This document shows positions 10,204-20,497 of a DNA stretch of 64,000 nucleotides, one piece after another. The position numbers were made by a program, and so were the translations under genes. The stretch comes from Thermodesulfobacteriota bacterium (lineage in GTDB: Bacteria; Desulfobacterota_D; UBA1144; Nemesobacterales; Nemesobacteraceae), in NCBI GenBank assembly GCA_965207685.1, contig OZ242294.1, positions 1,494,884 to 1,558,883 of the forward strand, given 5' to 3'. The stretch's first letter is position 1. The number at the start of each line of letters is the position of its first letter. The notes beneath the pieces are model-generated. The model did not search any database, had not been told where the DNA came from, and worked only from the letters and a program-made list of their open reading frames with translations.

Positions 10204-11589
10204 TTGGCCAAAAAAGCGTGGGGAGGCCGCTTCGCTTCCCAGACACACAATGTCGCCGAGAAGTTCTCGGAATCGGTAAGTTTCGACAGGCGTCTTTACA
10301 AGGAAGACATAAGGGGAAGTATCGCCCACGTGAAGATGCTTCGCGAAACCGGGATTATTTCCCGCAAGGACGCATCCCGGATAACCAAGGGCCTGCGTGA
10401 GATCGAAAAGGAAATAGACCGCGGGGAGTTTGCGTTCAGCGAGAGCTACGAGGATATCCATCTCAACATAGAAAAAAGGCTTACTGAAAAAACTGGCTCT
10501 TCGGGTGCCATGGTGCACACCGCCAGGAGCAGAAACGATCAGGTTCTCACGGACACCAGGCTTTACCTGAGGAGGGAAACAGAAGAGATAATTTCTCTTG
10601 TGTGCGCTCTGGCGGAGCAGTTTGTTGAGCTTTCCGCAAAGAATCTGGGGGTGATTCTTCCTCTCTACACCCACATGCAGCGCGCGCAGCCGGTGCTTTT
10701 GTCCCACCATCTTCTGGCTTACTACGAAATGCTAAAGCGCGACCGCGAGAGGTTTATTAACTGCCTTTCCAGGGTGAATGTGAGCCCGCTTGGAAGCTGC
10801 GCCGGGGCGGGAACCTCGTTTCCGATAGACAGGGAGATGACCGCCGAGAATCTGGGCTTTAAGTCGGTTTCCAGAAACAGCATTGACGCGGTGAGCGACC
10901 GTGATTTCTGTGCGGAATTCGTATTCTGTTGCTCGGTTCTGATGATGCACCTAAGCAGGCTTTCTGAGGAACTTGTTTTGTGGAGCGCAAAGGAGTTTGA
11001 CTTCGTTGACCTAGGGGACGGGTTCACTACGGGTTCAAGCATAATGCCCCAGAAGAAGAATCCCGACATGTCGGAGCTCACCCGGGGAAAAACCGCCAGG
11101 GTTTACGGAAACCTGAGTGCGCTCCTGACTCTGATGAAAGGACTTCCGCTTTCCTACAACAGGGACATGCAGGAGGACAAGGAGCCTCTTTTCGATACGG
11201 TTGATACTGTAAAGCTTTGCCTTCGGGTTAATGTCGAAATGCTGAAGACTCTGGAATTCAAAGACGAAAACATGAAAAAAGCGCTTCAGGGAGGCTTTGT
11301 CACCGCGACCGACGTGGCGGACTACCTGGCCCGCAAGGGTGTCCCGTTCCGTTCTGCCCACGAAACCGTGGGAAAGATAGTTTCTTACGCCGAGCGTGGC
11401 GGGAAGGAGCTTTCAGATCTTAAACTCTCCGAATTCCGCAGGTTTTCCAAAAAAATCGACGAGGACATTTTCCAGGTGATAACGTTCTCGGGTTCCGTTG
11501 AAAGCAGGAATTCCCTAGGTGGTACTTCGACCTCGAACGTGAGAAAAGAGATAGCAAACGCCAGAAGGTTCCTCAAAAGATGCATGTAG
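10204..11589 (+). CDS. argH: Argininosuccinate lyase
   Basis: WGGRF, HTARSRNDQV, GSSIMPQKKNPD. Confidence 0.98.
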   Translation: MAKKAWGGRFASQTHNVAEKFSESVSFDRRLYKEDIRGSIAHVKMLRETGIISRKDASRITKGLREIEKEIDRGEFAFSESYEDIHLNIEKRLTEKTGSSGAMVHTARSRNDQVLTDTRLYLRRETEEIISLVCALAEQFVELSAKNLGVILPLYTHMQRAQPVLLSHHLLAYYEMLKRDRERFINCLSRVNVSPLGSCAGAGTSFPIDREMTAENLGFKSVSRNSIDAVSDRDFCAEFVFCCSVLMMHLSRLSEELVLWSAKEFDFVDLGDGFTTGSSIMPQKKNPDMSELTRGKTARVYGNLSALLTLMKGLPLSYNRDMQEDKEPLFDTVDTVKLCLRVNVEMLKTLEFKDENMKKALQGGFVTATDVADYLARKGVPFRSAHETVGKIVSYAERGGKELSDLKLSEFRRFSKKIDEDIFQVITFSGSVESRNSLGGTSTSNVRKEIANARRFLKRCM

Positions 11590-11640
11590 CCGTTTTTCCG
11601 GAACAGTCATCAATGATTTTCATTCTGTTTGCGGTGCGCC

Positions 11641-12282
11641 ATGGGTTTTAAACTTAGGGGACTTTACGCGATTACCGACGAGGGGCTGATTCCGCGGGGT
11701 TCTTTCTGCGAAACAGTTGAGAAATCGTTGGCGGGGGGAGCCGACATAGTTCAGTTAAGGGATAAAACCTCTCCGCGCTCGGAAGTTGTCGCTTTGGGCA
11801 GGGAACTTCTCGGTATTACCAAGAGATACGGCGTGCCGCTTATAATAAACGACTCCCCGGAACTCATGATGGAAATAAAGGCCGACGGAGTGCATCTGGG
11901 CGAGGACGACCCGAACATAATACCCACGAGAAAAAAGCTGGGTAACGGTGCCATCATAGGCGTTTCCTGTTACGGTTCCCTTCCAAGAGGCATACACGCC
12001 GAGAGAATGGGGGCCGATTACGTTGTTTTCGGTACGCCATGGTCTACTCCGACAAAGCCTGGAAGAATCCCCACGCCTTTTGAAACTCTGGTTGAAGCGA
12101 AAACCGCTATTACGGGGATTCCTATATTTGCCATAGGGGGGATATTCCCCCATAACGCAGCTCAGGTGCTTGCTACCGGAGTGGACGGCATAGCGGTCAT
12201 AACAAGCGTTTTCGGTTCGAACGACCCGGAGAAGGCCTCAAGGAATCTTTGCTCCGTCTTTGAAAACCGCTCTGCTGTATGA
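11641..12282 (+). CDS. thiE: Thiamine phosphate synthase
   Basis: GLYAITD, VQLRDK, IIND, GVHLG, AIGGI. Confidence 0.93.
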   Translation: MGFKLRGLYAITDEGLIPRGSFCETVEKSLAGGADIVQLRDKTSPRSEVVALGRELLGITKRYGVPLIINDSPELMMEIKADGVHLGEDDPNIIPTRKKLGNGAIIGVSCYGSLPRGIHAERMGADYVVFGTPWSTPTKPGRIPTPFETLVEAKTAITGIPIFAIGGIFPHNAAQVLATGVDGIAVITSVFGSNDPEKASRNLCSVFENRSAV

Positions 12283-12431
12283 TCATGCGGGCGGGGGAGA
12301 AGGCCTCAAAGAAACATAAGTGAACCTAGCAAGAAAAAAGGGGAAGCGATGCAGGAATCACTTTCCCCTTTTTATCTGTTTTGCCACAATCGGTTTTTTA
12401 ACGGGCCAGGAAAGCAAAAACCCGCTTCGGT

Positions 12432-13127
12432 TTATTTTTCTTCCGTGCTGTTTTTCCAAGAGACCAGGAAGAACACAGAGGATACTACCAAGAGCAGGTT
12501 GAATATAGCGCTTTGAGAAGCATTCCCAGCCTCCGTTGTTGCAACTGAACACCCTTTTTTGTCGCTGCTAACTGGAGGTGGATCTGGGTAAAAACCGGAA
12601 CCTAAAACAAAATCTTCGTTGCCGAAAAGTTTCACATTTACACCGTAGACAATTTTCCGTGAAGTTCCGGTGGCTCTTCCCTCTTCCCTAACTTCGTCTC
12701 CGGAAAAAGAAGGATTGTCCCACCTGTACTCTACAAAGCCATCTCCTTGGTATACCGCCCTGTCAATTTCATGGCCTACATCTTTACCATCTCCGTCTAC
12801 GACATGCAGGGTTGCACCCTCGAGGCTGGGGTTGTGTGCGTTAAAAACAACTATTTCGCCTCCTTGGGGTCCGCTGGGACGTTGCATGATAAACACATAA
12901 ATAGCACCATCGTTCCAGGCTTTATCGTCTCTGAACTCTCTTAGGACGGCAAAGATCTCACTCGCGGTGCTGGCCTGCCCAATACGGTCTTTTGCGTTCG
13001 TAACGAAACTTTTCAAAGTTTCCTTGTCCACTACGTCACTAGCTGCTGTCTTAGCGGAAGCCGGAGCGACCATAAAAAGACTTGCCAAGATCAAGGTAAA
13101 AAGCATTGTAGAAAGCTGTTTCTTCAC
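12432..13127 (-). CDS. Exported single-Cache-domain-like protein with C-terminal GC/TM/basic sorting-like tail
   Basis: Signal peptide; YVFIM, GFVEYRWDNP, K..Y, GSGFY Cache motifs; tail KGCSVA...IFNLLLVVSSVFFLVSWK. Confidence 0.7.
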   Translation of the reverse strand: MKKQLSTMLFTLILASLFMVAPASAKTAASDVVDKETLKSFVTNAKDRIGQASTASEIFAVLREFRDDKAWNDGAIYVFIMQRPSGPQGGEIVVFNAHNPSLEGATLHVVDGDGKDVGHEIDRAVYQGDGFVEYRWDNPSFSGDEVREEGRATGTSRKIVYGVNVKLFGNEDFVLGSGFYPDPPPVSSDKKGCSVATTEAGNASQSAIFNLLLVVSSVFFLVSWKNSTEEK

Positions 13128-13394
13128 GATATCGATTCCTCCCAGAATCCAAAATTTGCTATTTAGATTCTGCTTTTCTTCTCCTGCAGTGTCAAGCGAA
13201 ATATTAAGGTGTATTGCCGATAAAACGCCAAATTGCGAGAGCGGTCTCGAAGAAGAATTTTTCTTGAAAGTAAATTATGCGAGGGTATCCGCAAAATGTC
13301 GCGTGGAAGCCATTTTAGTCATCACGTGGTTATTCGAAACCGCACTGTTTCAGTGCGTGGATTGTAACTAACGAAGCAATTCCAGCGGTAAGCT

Positions 13395-14210
13395 TTATTC
13401 GGGTTTTGAGCATATGACGAGGTGATTTGAAGCTCTTCCCTCGTCAACCAGTCTTAGATAAGTATCGAAATATTCGATGTGGTAGCGGGTGTTTTCTTCT
13501 CCCTGTTCTTCGGCGATCACGGATGAGTGCTTTTTATAAGCGTCTCCCCATTTTTTAACCTGGATCCGGAAATCCGCTACATATTCGGTTATTTCCTCGA
13601 TACGAAACCCGGCCGATTCAAGCTTTTCCCTGTAGCTTTCAAGGGAATCGTAATATTGCGGGATAAGATAGCCCCTCGCCATCTTCTGCTTTGTTTCCTC
13701 ATCACCGGCTATCTCGAAGGTGCCGCTTAGAAACGCCCATGTTCCCGAAGGCTTAAGCACCCTGAGAACCTCCCTGAAAAGTCCCGTCTTGTCCTCAAAC
13801 ACGTTCATCACGTTAAGGCTTATTGCCAAGTCAAAAGTATTTTCCGTAAACGGCATTTCCATCGCGTCGCCCAGATGAAATTCCGTTTGTTCCTCGAGTC
13901 CGGAGTTTTTCGCGAGTTTTCTTGATACGTCGACCCCCACCTCGTTAATTTCTATTCCAGATACCGTGCATCCGGTCCTGTCGGCTATGTATACCGCGGG
14001 ACCGCCCGCCCCGCTTCCCACGTCAAGAACGTGCGTCGTTTTTTCTATGCCGAGCCGGGGGATTAGCTGATCAAGATAACGGGGAGTAATGAACGACTGC
14101 TGTCCTATGTCATCTTCTATTCCCCATATGGATTCCCTTATGAGCCTGTTTGCGGGGCTGTCAAGCTGGTGAAGCTCAGAATAATCTACCCCTATGCGTT
14201 CTTCGTTCAT
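13395..14210 (-). CDS. Class I SAM-dependent methyltransferase (N-methyltransferase-like)
   Basis: VLDVGSGAGG, GDAMEMPF..NTFD, RVLKPSG. Confidence 0.88.
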   Translation of the reverse strand: MNEERIGVDYSELHQLDSPANRLIRESIWGIEDDIGQQSFITPRYLDQLIPRLGIEKTTHVLDVGSGAGGPAVYIADRTGCTVSGIEINEVGVDVSRKLAKNSGLEEQTEFHLGDAMEMPFTENTFDLAISLNVMNVFEDKTGLFREVLRVLKPSGTWAFLSGTFEIAGDEETKQKMARGYLIPQYYDSLESYREKLESAGFRIEEITEYVADFRIQVKKWGDAYKKHSSVIAEEQGEENTRYHIEYFDTYLRLVDEGRASNHLVICSKPE

Positions 14211-14335
14211 CTGCCGTGTATTTCCTCCACTTGGATTTTCAAGGAATTTTTGTAATTGAATCTACACTTTAATTGCCTAAACGCAACGCTCTACGCGTTT
14301 GCGGAAAGGAATTTTAAAAGTTAGTAGACTAGGAG

Positions 14336-14381
14336 ATAAAAAACGGGGACATATCTGAAGAAAACTCCAAACATGTCCCCG
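14336..14381 (-). terminator. Probable intrinsic terminator of the porin gene
   Basis: CGGGGACAT/ATGTCCCCG stem followed by a T-tract on the minus strand. Confidence 0.6.
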
Positions 14382-14447
14382 AGAATATTAATCACGACAA
14401 AGTTGCCGTCATGATTCTGACCTTTAGATCTTAAAGTCTATGGTTGA

Positions 14448-15554
14448 CTAGAAGATTGCTACGTCAAAGTCATAGCGGAAACCGAGGCTAAAAGTATTTA
14501 CACTATCGCCCTGATCTTCGTCAGTCAGTACCCATTCGGCAAAGACGTCCAAGGCAGGATGCACCTCTTTAATCAAGGTAAGGTTCCCACCCACCAACTC
14601 GTTTCCGTTATCTGGATCAGACATGAAAAATCCCGCAAGCGCCGTAACCCCGTGGGAAAAAGAGAAGGAAGAGGCTACGTCGAGAGTAAAGGGATTGAGT
14701 TCACTGCCGTCATCATAATTGTCCGCTATGTACTGGTAGGTAACCGCCAGGTAGATATCGTCATTTATGTTCAGGCTGCTGCCTACACCGAAGTAATTTC
14801 TGTCACGCTCATTATCGTCCTGATTCTGCCGCAAGTAGGATATGCCGATGTAAACCGGACCGGAACTGAGACTCACGCCGACTGAAGCCGCGTCAACATT
14901 GTCAGAATGGGTGCCCCCATCATTGCTTCCCGACGTGCCGTCTACCTGCATACCCGCGTTTACGTTTAACCCCCCAAAACTGTTCGCGTAGGTTACCAGA
15001 TTGCTGCTTCGGAAAGGACCCTGCTGGTCATATCCGAAGGGGCTTGCGCGATGATAGAAAATGTCGGTTACTTCAGCAACCATGTTAAAATAGGGATCCC
15101 ATTGCTTACCGATAGCTACCATACCCAAGTCCTCGCTTCGTAAACCCACGTAAGCCTGACGCGCGTCGCCAAAATTGCCGTTCTTCTCAATATCAACATC
15201 CCACTCTCCGTGCAACACCGCGCTGAGCGTTTCGGTTATCTGAGTATTGGCTTTGATTCCGACCCGGGAAAGCGCGTCGGTTATGTCGGTTGACGAATCC
15301 CCTCCATCAACATCGTTATAGGTAACCCTAGGCCAGAACCTGCCGTAAATTGAAACGTCGGTATCCTTAATCACAGCTTCCCCGACCATCGGTTCCTCGG
15401 CCGCTGCCTCTTCAGCCATCGGTTCCTCGGCCGCTGCTTCTTCGGCCATTGGTTCCTCGGCTTCTCCACCGCCCGCAAATGCTGAGAGCGGCACTGCCAA
15501 CATACCGGATGCCAGCAGACAAATCATTAAAACCCTTTTGATAAGGTAATTCAT
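14448..15554 (-). CDS. Gram-negative porin with acidic N-terminal repeat
   Basis: Signal peptide, VSIYGR, SRVGIK, RQAYVGL, IGKQW, C-terminal LGFRYDF. Confidence 0.88.
   Translation of the reverse strand: MNYLIKRVLMICLLASGMLAVPLSAFAGGGEAEEPMAEEAAAEEPMAEEAAAEEPMVGEAVIKDTDVSIYGRFWPRVTYNDVDGGDSSTDITDALSRVGIKANTQITETLSAVLHGEWDVDIEKNGNFGDARQAYVGLRSEDLGMVAIGKQWDPYFNMVAEVTDIFYHRASPFGYDQQGPFRSSNLVTYANSFGGLNVNAGMQVDGTSGSNDGGTHSDNVDAASVGVSLSSGPVYIGISYLRQNQDDNERDRNYFGVGSSLNINDDIYLAVTYQYIADNYDDGSELNPFTLDVASSFSFSHGVTALAGFFMSDPDNGNELVGGNLTLIKEVHPALDVFAEWVLTDEDQGDSVNTFSLGFRYDFDVAIF
15376..15461 (-). repeat. ~3 x 30-bp coding tandem repeat (AEEPMAEEAA)
   Basis: CCATCGGTTCCTCGGC-like unit repeated with period 30. 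Confidence 0.9.
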
Positions 15555-15987
15555 TTTTCTCCTCCTCCTAATCGTAAGGTCAAATACGTTCAGTTAGTTA
15601 AAACATACCCAATTTTTCCAGACAAACCATTCTCTGGTGGCTTTGAAAACCGCTTAGAGATAACAGCAGTTAGGTCTGTTAGGCTTAGTACTGCAACTAG
15701 TCCATAAGGTCCATCTGCTCAATCAACTTTCATTTTATCACAAACATCAGATGTTTTTAAAGAATTTTTTTAAACTCTTTTGGCGCAAAACCTTGCAGAC
15801 GGTTAGAACGTAGGATATCGGGGGTTTAGACATTAATGGTTTAATTTTCATGTTTTCAGGCGTTCTATTGTGCTGAAAACTCTAAAACTTCTCTGGTTAA
15901 GGAGGTCAAATCATGATATCTAATAATTAGTTCAAGAAAAATCCAACTCCCAAAAATGTCCTGATTATATTTTGTGAGAAAAGTGGG

Positions 15988-17055
15988 TTAATCGTCAAAT
16001 TTTAAAACGGTTCCTTTCCTTTTCACCTTTGTTTTTTCCGAAAGAGCGTGGGAGACGATGGGAAGAGCTATAGTGGCATCGCAATAGCACTGAACCAAGC
16101 TGCCTTCGGGGTTTTCTTTTCCCCATGAAACCGCCTCTTCGAAGGTGCACCCCGAAAGTCCTCCCCACTGTGGAGAATCGGTCGTAATCTGGATTGCGTA
16201 CTTATGAGGATAGTAGGTTTCCTGTTCCCCGGTTCCCTTGCGGTTAAGGCCGGCCGCTCTTCCTGGAATCTTCCTGTCTTCGTAAAGAAGGTCACCCGTG
16301 ACGGCGAAAAGCTGAATGAAATCTTTTGGCACACCGCCCCCTATGTAAACCACTCCCGTGTCAATCACGCTCTCTCCCATTCCCATAAATTCCACGTAGT
16401 CCTGTATGGCGTCGATCGCGAGATGATGTCCCTTGCTTTCAGCGATAAGCGCCGCGTCTCCGTAAGGGCTATCAGCTATGGCAGGGCAGAAGACCGGAAC
16501 TTCATTTCTCGCAGCTGTCGCTACGATGCAGTTTATGTTTTTCTTGTCAAGCCACTGTCCGCATTTTTTGAGAAACTCTCTTGAGGAGTAGGTTCGGGAT
16601 TTATCGAGGGTCATTATGAATTCGGCCAGAAGTTCAGTCATCTCAAGGTAGTCGGGCTCGGCTCCGTAAACGTCGTAGTAGCGGTTTATCCCCTCGGAGA
16701 AAAGTTTTGCGTCGTCTTCGTTCGGGGTTCCCTGCCAGTAGGAAAACCCCATCGCCTCAACTATGTCCTCGGAGATGTTCGCGCCGGTGGGGATCAAGAC
16801 ATCTATGTATCTGTTTTCGATTAGCCAGTTTATTATTTTCCACTGGCCGGTTGTGGAGAGGGAACCTGCGTAGCCGAAAAAGATAGTGAGGTCCTCAGCC
16901 TCCACCATCTTGCAGAAAACATCCGCGGCCTTGGCAAGATTCTTGCCCTGAAATCCCGTCTCTGACATTTCTTCAAGCAACCTAGAGATCGGCTTCTCGG
17001 GAGAAACCTCTATAGCTTTTACTTTTTTCCCTAGATGGTCTGAGTCTTCTTTCAC
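15988..17055 (-). CDS. Deoxyhypusine synthase-like protein
   Basis: GFQG, TGANISED, IGGGVPK, GGLSG..EEAVSWGK with the catalytic Lys; 14 nt downstream of leuS. Confidence 0.9.
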   Translation of the reverse strand: MKEDSDHLGKKVKAIEVSPEKPISRLLEEMSETGFQGKNLAKAADVFCKMVEAEDLTIFFGYAGSLSTTGQWKIINWLIENRYIDVLIPTGANISEDIVEAMGFSYWQGTPNEDDAKLFSEGINRYYDVYGAEPDYLEMTELLAEFIMTLDKSRTYSSREFLKKCGQWLDKKNINCIVATAARNEVPVFCPAIADSPYGDAALIAESKGHHLAIDAIQDYVEFMGMGESVIDTGVVYIGGGVPKDFIQLFAVTGDLLYEDRKIPGRAAGLNRKGTGEQETYYPHKYAIQITTDSPQWGGLSGCTFEEAVSWGKENPEGSLVQCYCDATIALPIVSHALSEKTKVKRKGTVLKFDD

Positions 17056-17069
17056 GTTCTTTCCCTTGG

Positions 17070-19526
17070 CTAAACCCTTATGTCTACAAGCCTTTTCGGC
17101 ACGTAGACGAAGTTTTTTATTTCCCGCCCCGCTATATATTCCTTTACCCTGCTGTCGGAGAGGGCAATCTCTCTGACGGTTTCTTCATCTGCGTCCGCAT
17201 TTAGGGAAATCTGGTTTCTGACTCTTGAGTTCACCCTTACAGGGATGGTTATTTCTGCACTCTCAAAAGCGCTCTCGTCCCATTTTATCCACTCTTTGTC
17301 GACCAGATTTCCGCTTTCTCCCGAGAGTTCCCAGAGCTCCTCCGCGAAATGGGGAGCCATTGGGCAGATAAGTCTTGTGACCGCAAGCAGTGCCGCTCGG
17401 GCATCTTCCCTTCCCACGCTTTTCTCCTTCCAGAGTGCGCTTAGCTCGTTGAAAAGCTCCATTATTGCTGATATTGCCGTGTTGAATTTGAAGCTCTCTA
17501 TGTCCTCCGTGACTTTCTTGATTGTCCGGTTGGTCGCAGTGGCGAGAGCGGCTGGGTTCCCCTCCGCTGGGAGTTCTGGGTCTCGCTCTTCGTTTTCCCT
17601 TTCGGCGAAAAACCCGGTCGCGAAACGCCAGACCCTGCCGAGAAACCTGAACATTCCGTTTACTCCCTGTTCGCTCCATTCGAGATCTTTTTCCACGGGA
17701 GCGGCGAAAAGCATGAACATCCTTACGGTGTCAGCACCGTAGCGAACTATCATGTCGTCAGGGTCCACGGTGTTCCCGAGAGACTTTGACATTTTTGCCC
17801 CGTCTTTTACCACCATTCCCTGGGTAAGAAGATTTTCAAAGGGTTCGTCGAGTTGGAAAACGCCGATATCCCTGAGCACCTTCGTGAAGAACCTCGAGTA
17901 AAGCAGGTGAAGTATTGCGTGCTCTATCCCTCCTATGTACTGATCCACGGGAAGCCAGTAAGAGGCTTTTTCGGGCTCGAACATGCCGGCTTTAAAATCG
18001 GGAGAGGCGTATCTCAGAAAATACCATGAAGATTCGACAAACGTATCCATTGTGTCTGTTTCCCGTTTCGCAGGTCCTCCGCAGGCGGGGCAGCTTGTTG
18101 CGATGAAGCTTTCGATCTTGGAGAGGGCGGGTATTCGCTCTCCGTCAATATCTATTTCAAGCGGGAGTTCTACCGGAAGATCGGAGTCCGGAACCGGGAC
18201 CTCTCCGCACTGCTCGCAGTAAACTATGGGTATCGGTGCTCCCCAGTAGCGCTGCCTTGAAATTCCCCAGTCCCGAAGACGGTAGTTAACCTTGGTTCCG
18301 CCCGCAGAGTTTTTCTCGAGAAACTCGGCTATTTCCCCGAAAGCTTCTAGGGATGTGAGACCCGAGAGCCACCCGGAATCTCCGAGGATTCCCTTTTCCG
18401 TGAATGCTTCTTTTCCGATATCGAATACGCTTCCGTCGGTCGGGAAAATCACCTGTTTTATCTGAAGGCCGTATTTTTTAGCGAACTCCCAGTCCCTTTG
18501 ATCATGCGCGGGAACGCTCATTACCGCACCCGTTCCGTAGCTCATGAGGACGAAGTTCGCGGTCCATACAGGTATTTTCTCCCCGCTTATGGCGTGGATG
18601 GCATCTATCCCCAGAGGAACGCCGCTTTTTTCCATGGTTTCAATCTCAGCCTCGGAGACAGGAGCCTTGCGGCACCGGGCGAGAAAATCTGCCACCTCGG
18701 GTTTTTTCTTTGCCTCCTCGGCTACCAGCGGGTGCTCGGGGGCCAGAGCTAGGTAGGTTACCCCCATGATCGTGTCCGGGCGCGTGGTGAATATCTTCAA
18801 AACGCTCTTTTCTCCGTCCACGCGGAATTCGGCTTCGATTCCCTCGGATCTCCCTATCCAGTTTCTCTGCATGGTCTTAACCGCGTCGGGCCACCCCTTC
18901 ATCTTTTCGAGTTCGTTCAGCAGTTCTTCCGAGTAATCGCTTACTCTCAGGAACCACTGCGGTATTTCCTTTTTTTCGACAACTGCCCCTGAGCGCCATC
19001 CCTTTCCGTCAATAACCTGCTCGTTTGCGAGCACTGTCTGGTCAACCGGATCCCAGTTAACAACGGAAGTCTTTCTGTACGCTAGCCCCTCGCGGTGAAG
19101 TCTGGTGAAAAGCCACTGCTCCCAGCGGTAGTATTCAACGTCGCACGTTGCGATTTCCCGGCTCCAGTCGTAGCTGAACCCGAGGCGCATGAGCTGATGT
19201 TTCATTTGTGTTATGTTGGCCCGTGTCCAAGTCGAGGGATGTATGGCGTTTTGTATCGCCGCGTTTTCAGCGGGCAGACCGAAGGCATCCCACCCGATTG
19301 GGTGGAGAACGTTAAAGCCCCTCGCCCTTTTGAATCTCGAGACGACATCCCCGATCGTGTAGTTTCTCACGTGCCCCATGTGGATTCTTCCCGACGGGTA
19401 GGGGAACATTTCAAGGACGTAGTACTTTCCCCCGGAAGTCTCCTCGGAGACCTTGTAGGTGCCTTTTTCCGCCCAGAAATCCTGCCACTTTTTCTCGATT
19501 TCCTGCGGTCTGTATTCTCTCTCCAT
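17070..19526 (-). CDS. leuS: Leucine--tRNA ligase
   Basis: MFPYPSG, HMGH, KMSKS motifs. Confidence 0.99.
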   Translation of the reverse strand: MEREYRPQEIEKKWQDFWAEKGTYKVSEETSGGKYYVLEMFPYPSGRIHMGHVRNYTIGDVVSRFKRARGFNVLHPIGWDAFGLPAENAAIQNAIHPSTWTRANITQMKHQLMRLGFSYDWSREIATCDVEYYRWEQWLFTRLHREGLAYRKTSVVNWDPVDQTVLANEQVIDGKGWRSGAVVEKKEIPQWFLRVSDYSEELLNELEKMKGWPDAVKTMQRNWIGRSEGIEAEFRVDGEKSVLKIFTTRPDTIMGVTYLALAPEHPLVAEEAKKKPEVADFLARCRKAPVSEAEIETMEKSGVPLGIDAIHAISGEKIPVWTANFVLMSYGTGAVMSVPAHDQRDWEFAKKYGLQIKQVIFPTDGSVFDIGKEAFTEKGILGDSGWLSGLTSLEAFGEIAEFLEKNSAGGTKVNYRLRDWGISRQRYWGAPIPIVYCEQCGEVPVPDSDLPVELPLEIDIDGERIPALSKIESFIATSCPACGGPAKRETDTMDTFVESSWYFLRYASPDFKAGMFEPEKASYWLPVDQYIGGIEHAILHLLYSRFFTKVLRDIGVFQLDEPFENLLTQGMVVKDGAKMSKSLGNTVDPDDMIVRYGADTVRMFMLFAAPVEKDLEWSEQGVNGMFRFLGRVWRFATGFFAERENEERDPELPAEGNPAALATATNRTIKKVTEDIESFKFNTAISAIMELFNELSALWKEKSVGREDARAALLAVTRLICPMAPHFAEELWELSGESGNLVDKEWIKWDESAFESAEITIPVRVNSRVRNQISLNADADEETVREIALSDSRVKEYIAGREIKNFVYVPKRLVDIRV

Positions 19527-19662
19527 TCCGAGGGGAAAGCGTTTGACGGGTTTAGGTCTTGGGTTTTTGCAAACGCGGTCTTATTCTAATTAAAACCCGC
19601 CTTGCTTTCAAACCCCTTCGCTACCTACTGCTGTTTGTGTTAAACTTCCTCTCCGGCGAGCA

Positions 19663-20409
19663 ATGAGTTCCAGTGAATTTTACGAGACGGCGCGGGCGCT
19701 TGAGAACTATCTTCGGTTCTGCAAGGAGATCGGGATAGAGGAGTTGCCGGCTGGGTTTGCCGCTGGAGGCACCGAAATAGCGGATACGGAGAGAAACGGA
19801 ACCGTTTTTTTAAGTGATCGCAGGAAATCAAGGGATTCATCTGCGGTCAAGACGCTTTCCGAGATAAGAGAGGAACTGGGTGACTGCACGAGGTGCCGTC
19901 TCTGCGAGACCAGAAATAGCATAGTGTTCGGTGAGGGGAATCCCAAGGCAAGGCTCGTATTTGTCGGTGAAGGTCCCGGAAGGGACGAAGACATTCAGGG
20001 AAGGCCCTTTGTCGGAAGGGCGGGACAGTTGCTTACGAAGATAATCCGGGCGATGAAGCTTGAGAGAAAGGACGTGTACATATGCAACGTTGTGAAGTGT
20101 CGCCCTCCGGGGAACAGGAACCCGCAACCGGACGAAGTGGCAAGCTGCGAGCCTTTTCTTATGAAACAGATAGAAAGCATAAACCCCGAGGTTATAGTTT
20201 CTCTCGGAAGCGTCGCTACCGGATTGATGCTCAAGCTTAAGAACTTCAAGATGGGGCAGTTAAGAGGCACTTTTCACCAGTATGGGGACTCAAAGCTTAT
20301 GATTACGTACCACCCGGCCGCGCTTCTGCGAAACCCGTCTCTTAAAAAACCCGTCTGGGAAGACATGAAGCTTGTAATGAAGGAACTTGGGATACCTGTC
20401 AGCGGGTGA
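19663..20409 (+). CDS. Family-4 uracil-DNA glycosylase (4Fe-4S)
   Basis: CTRCRL, VGEGPG, NVVKCRPP.NR, TYHPAALLR. Confidence 0.95.
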   Translation: MSSSEFYETARALENYLRFCKEIGIEELPAGFAAGGTEIADTERNGTVFLSDRRKSRDSSAVKTLSEIREELGDCTRCRLCETRNSIVFGEGNPKARLVFVGEGPGRDEDIQGRPFVGRAGQLLTKIIRAMKLERKDVYICNVVKCRPPGNRNPQPDEVASCEPFLMKQIESINPEVIVSLGSVATGLMLKLKNFKMGQLRGTFHQYGDSKLMITYHPAALLRNPSLKKPVWEDMKLVMKELGIPVSG

Positions 20410-20480
20410 TTAGCTCAGTGGATTAGAGCACAGGCCTCCGGAGCCTGGGGTCGGGGGTTCGAATCCCCCATCGCCCGCCA
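20404..20480 (+). tRNA. tRNA-Arg(CCG)
   Basis: Acceptor GGGTGAT/ATCGCCC, anticodon arm CAGGC-CT-CCG-GA-GCCTG, T arm GGGGG-TTCGAAT-CCCCC, encoded CCA. Confidence 0.96.
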
Positions 20481-20497
20481 CAATGTTAAGGGGGGGG

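Noticed and set aside
15780-15798. TGGCGC...TTGCA sigma54-like motif
   Set aside because: GG-GC spacing is 11 rather than 10, and it points away from the porin gene
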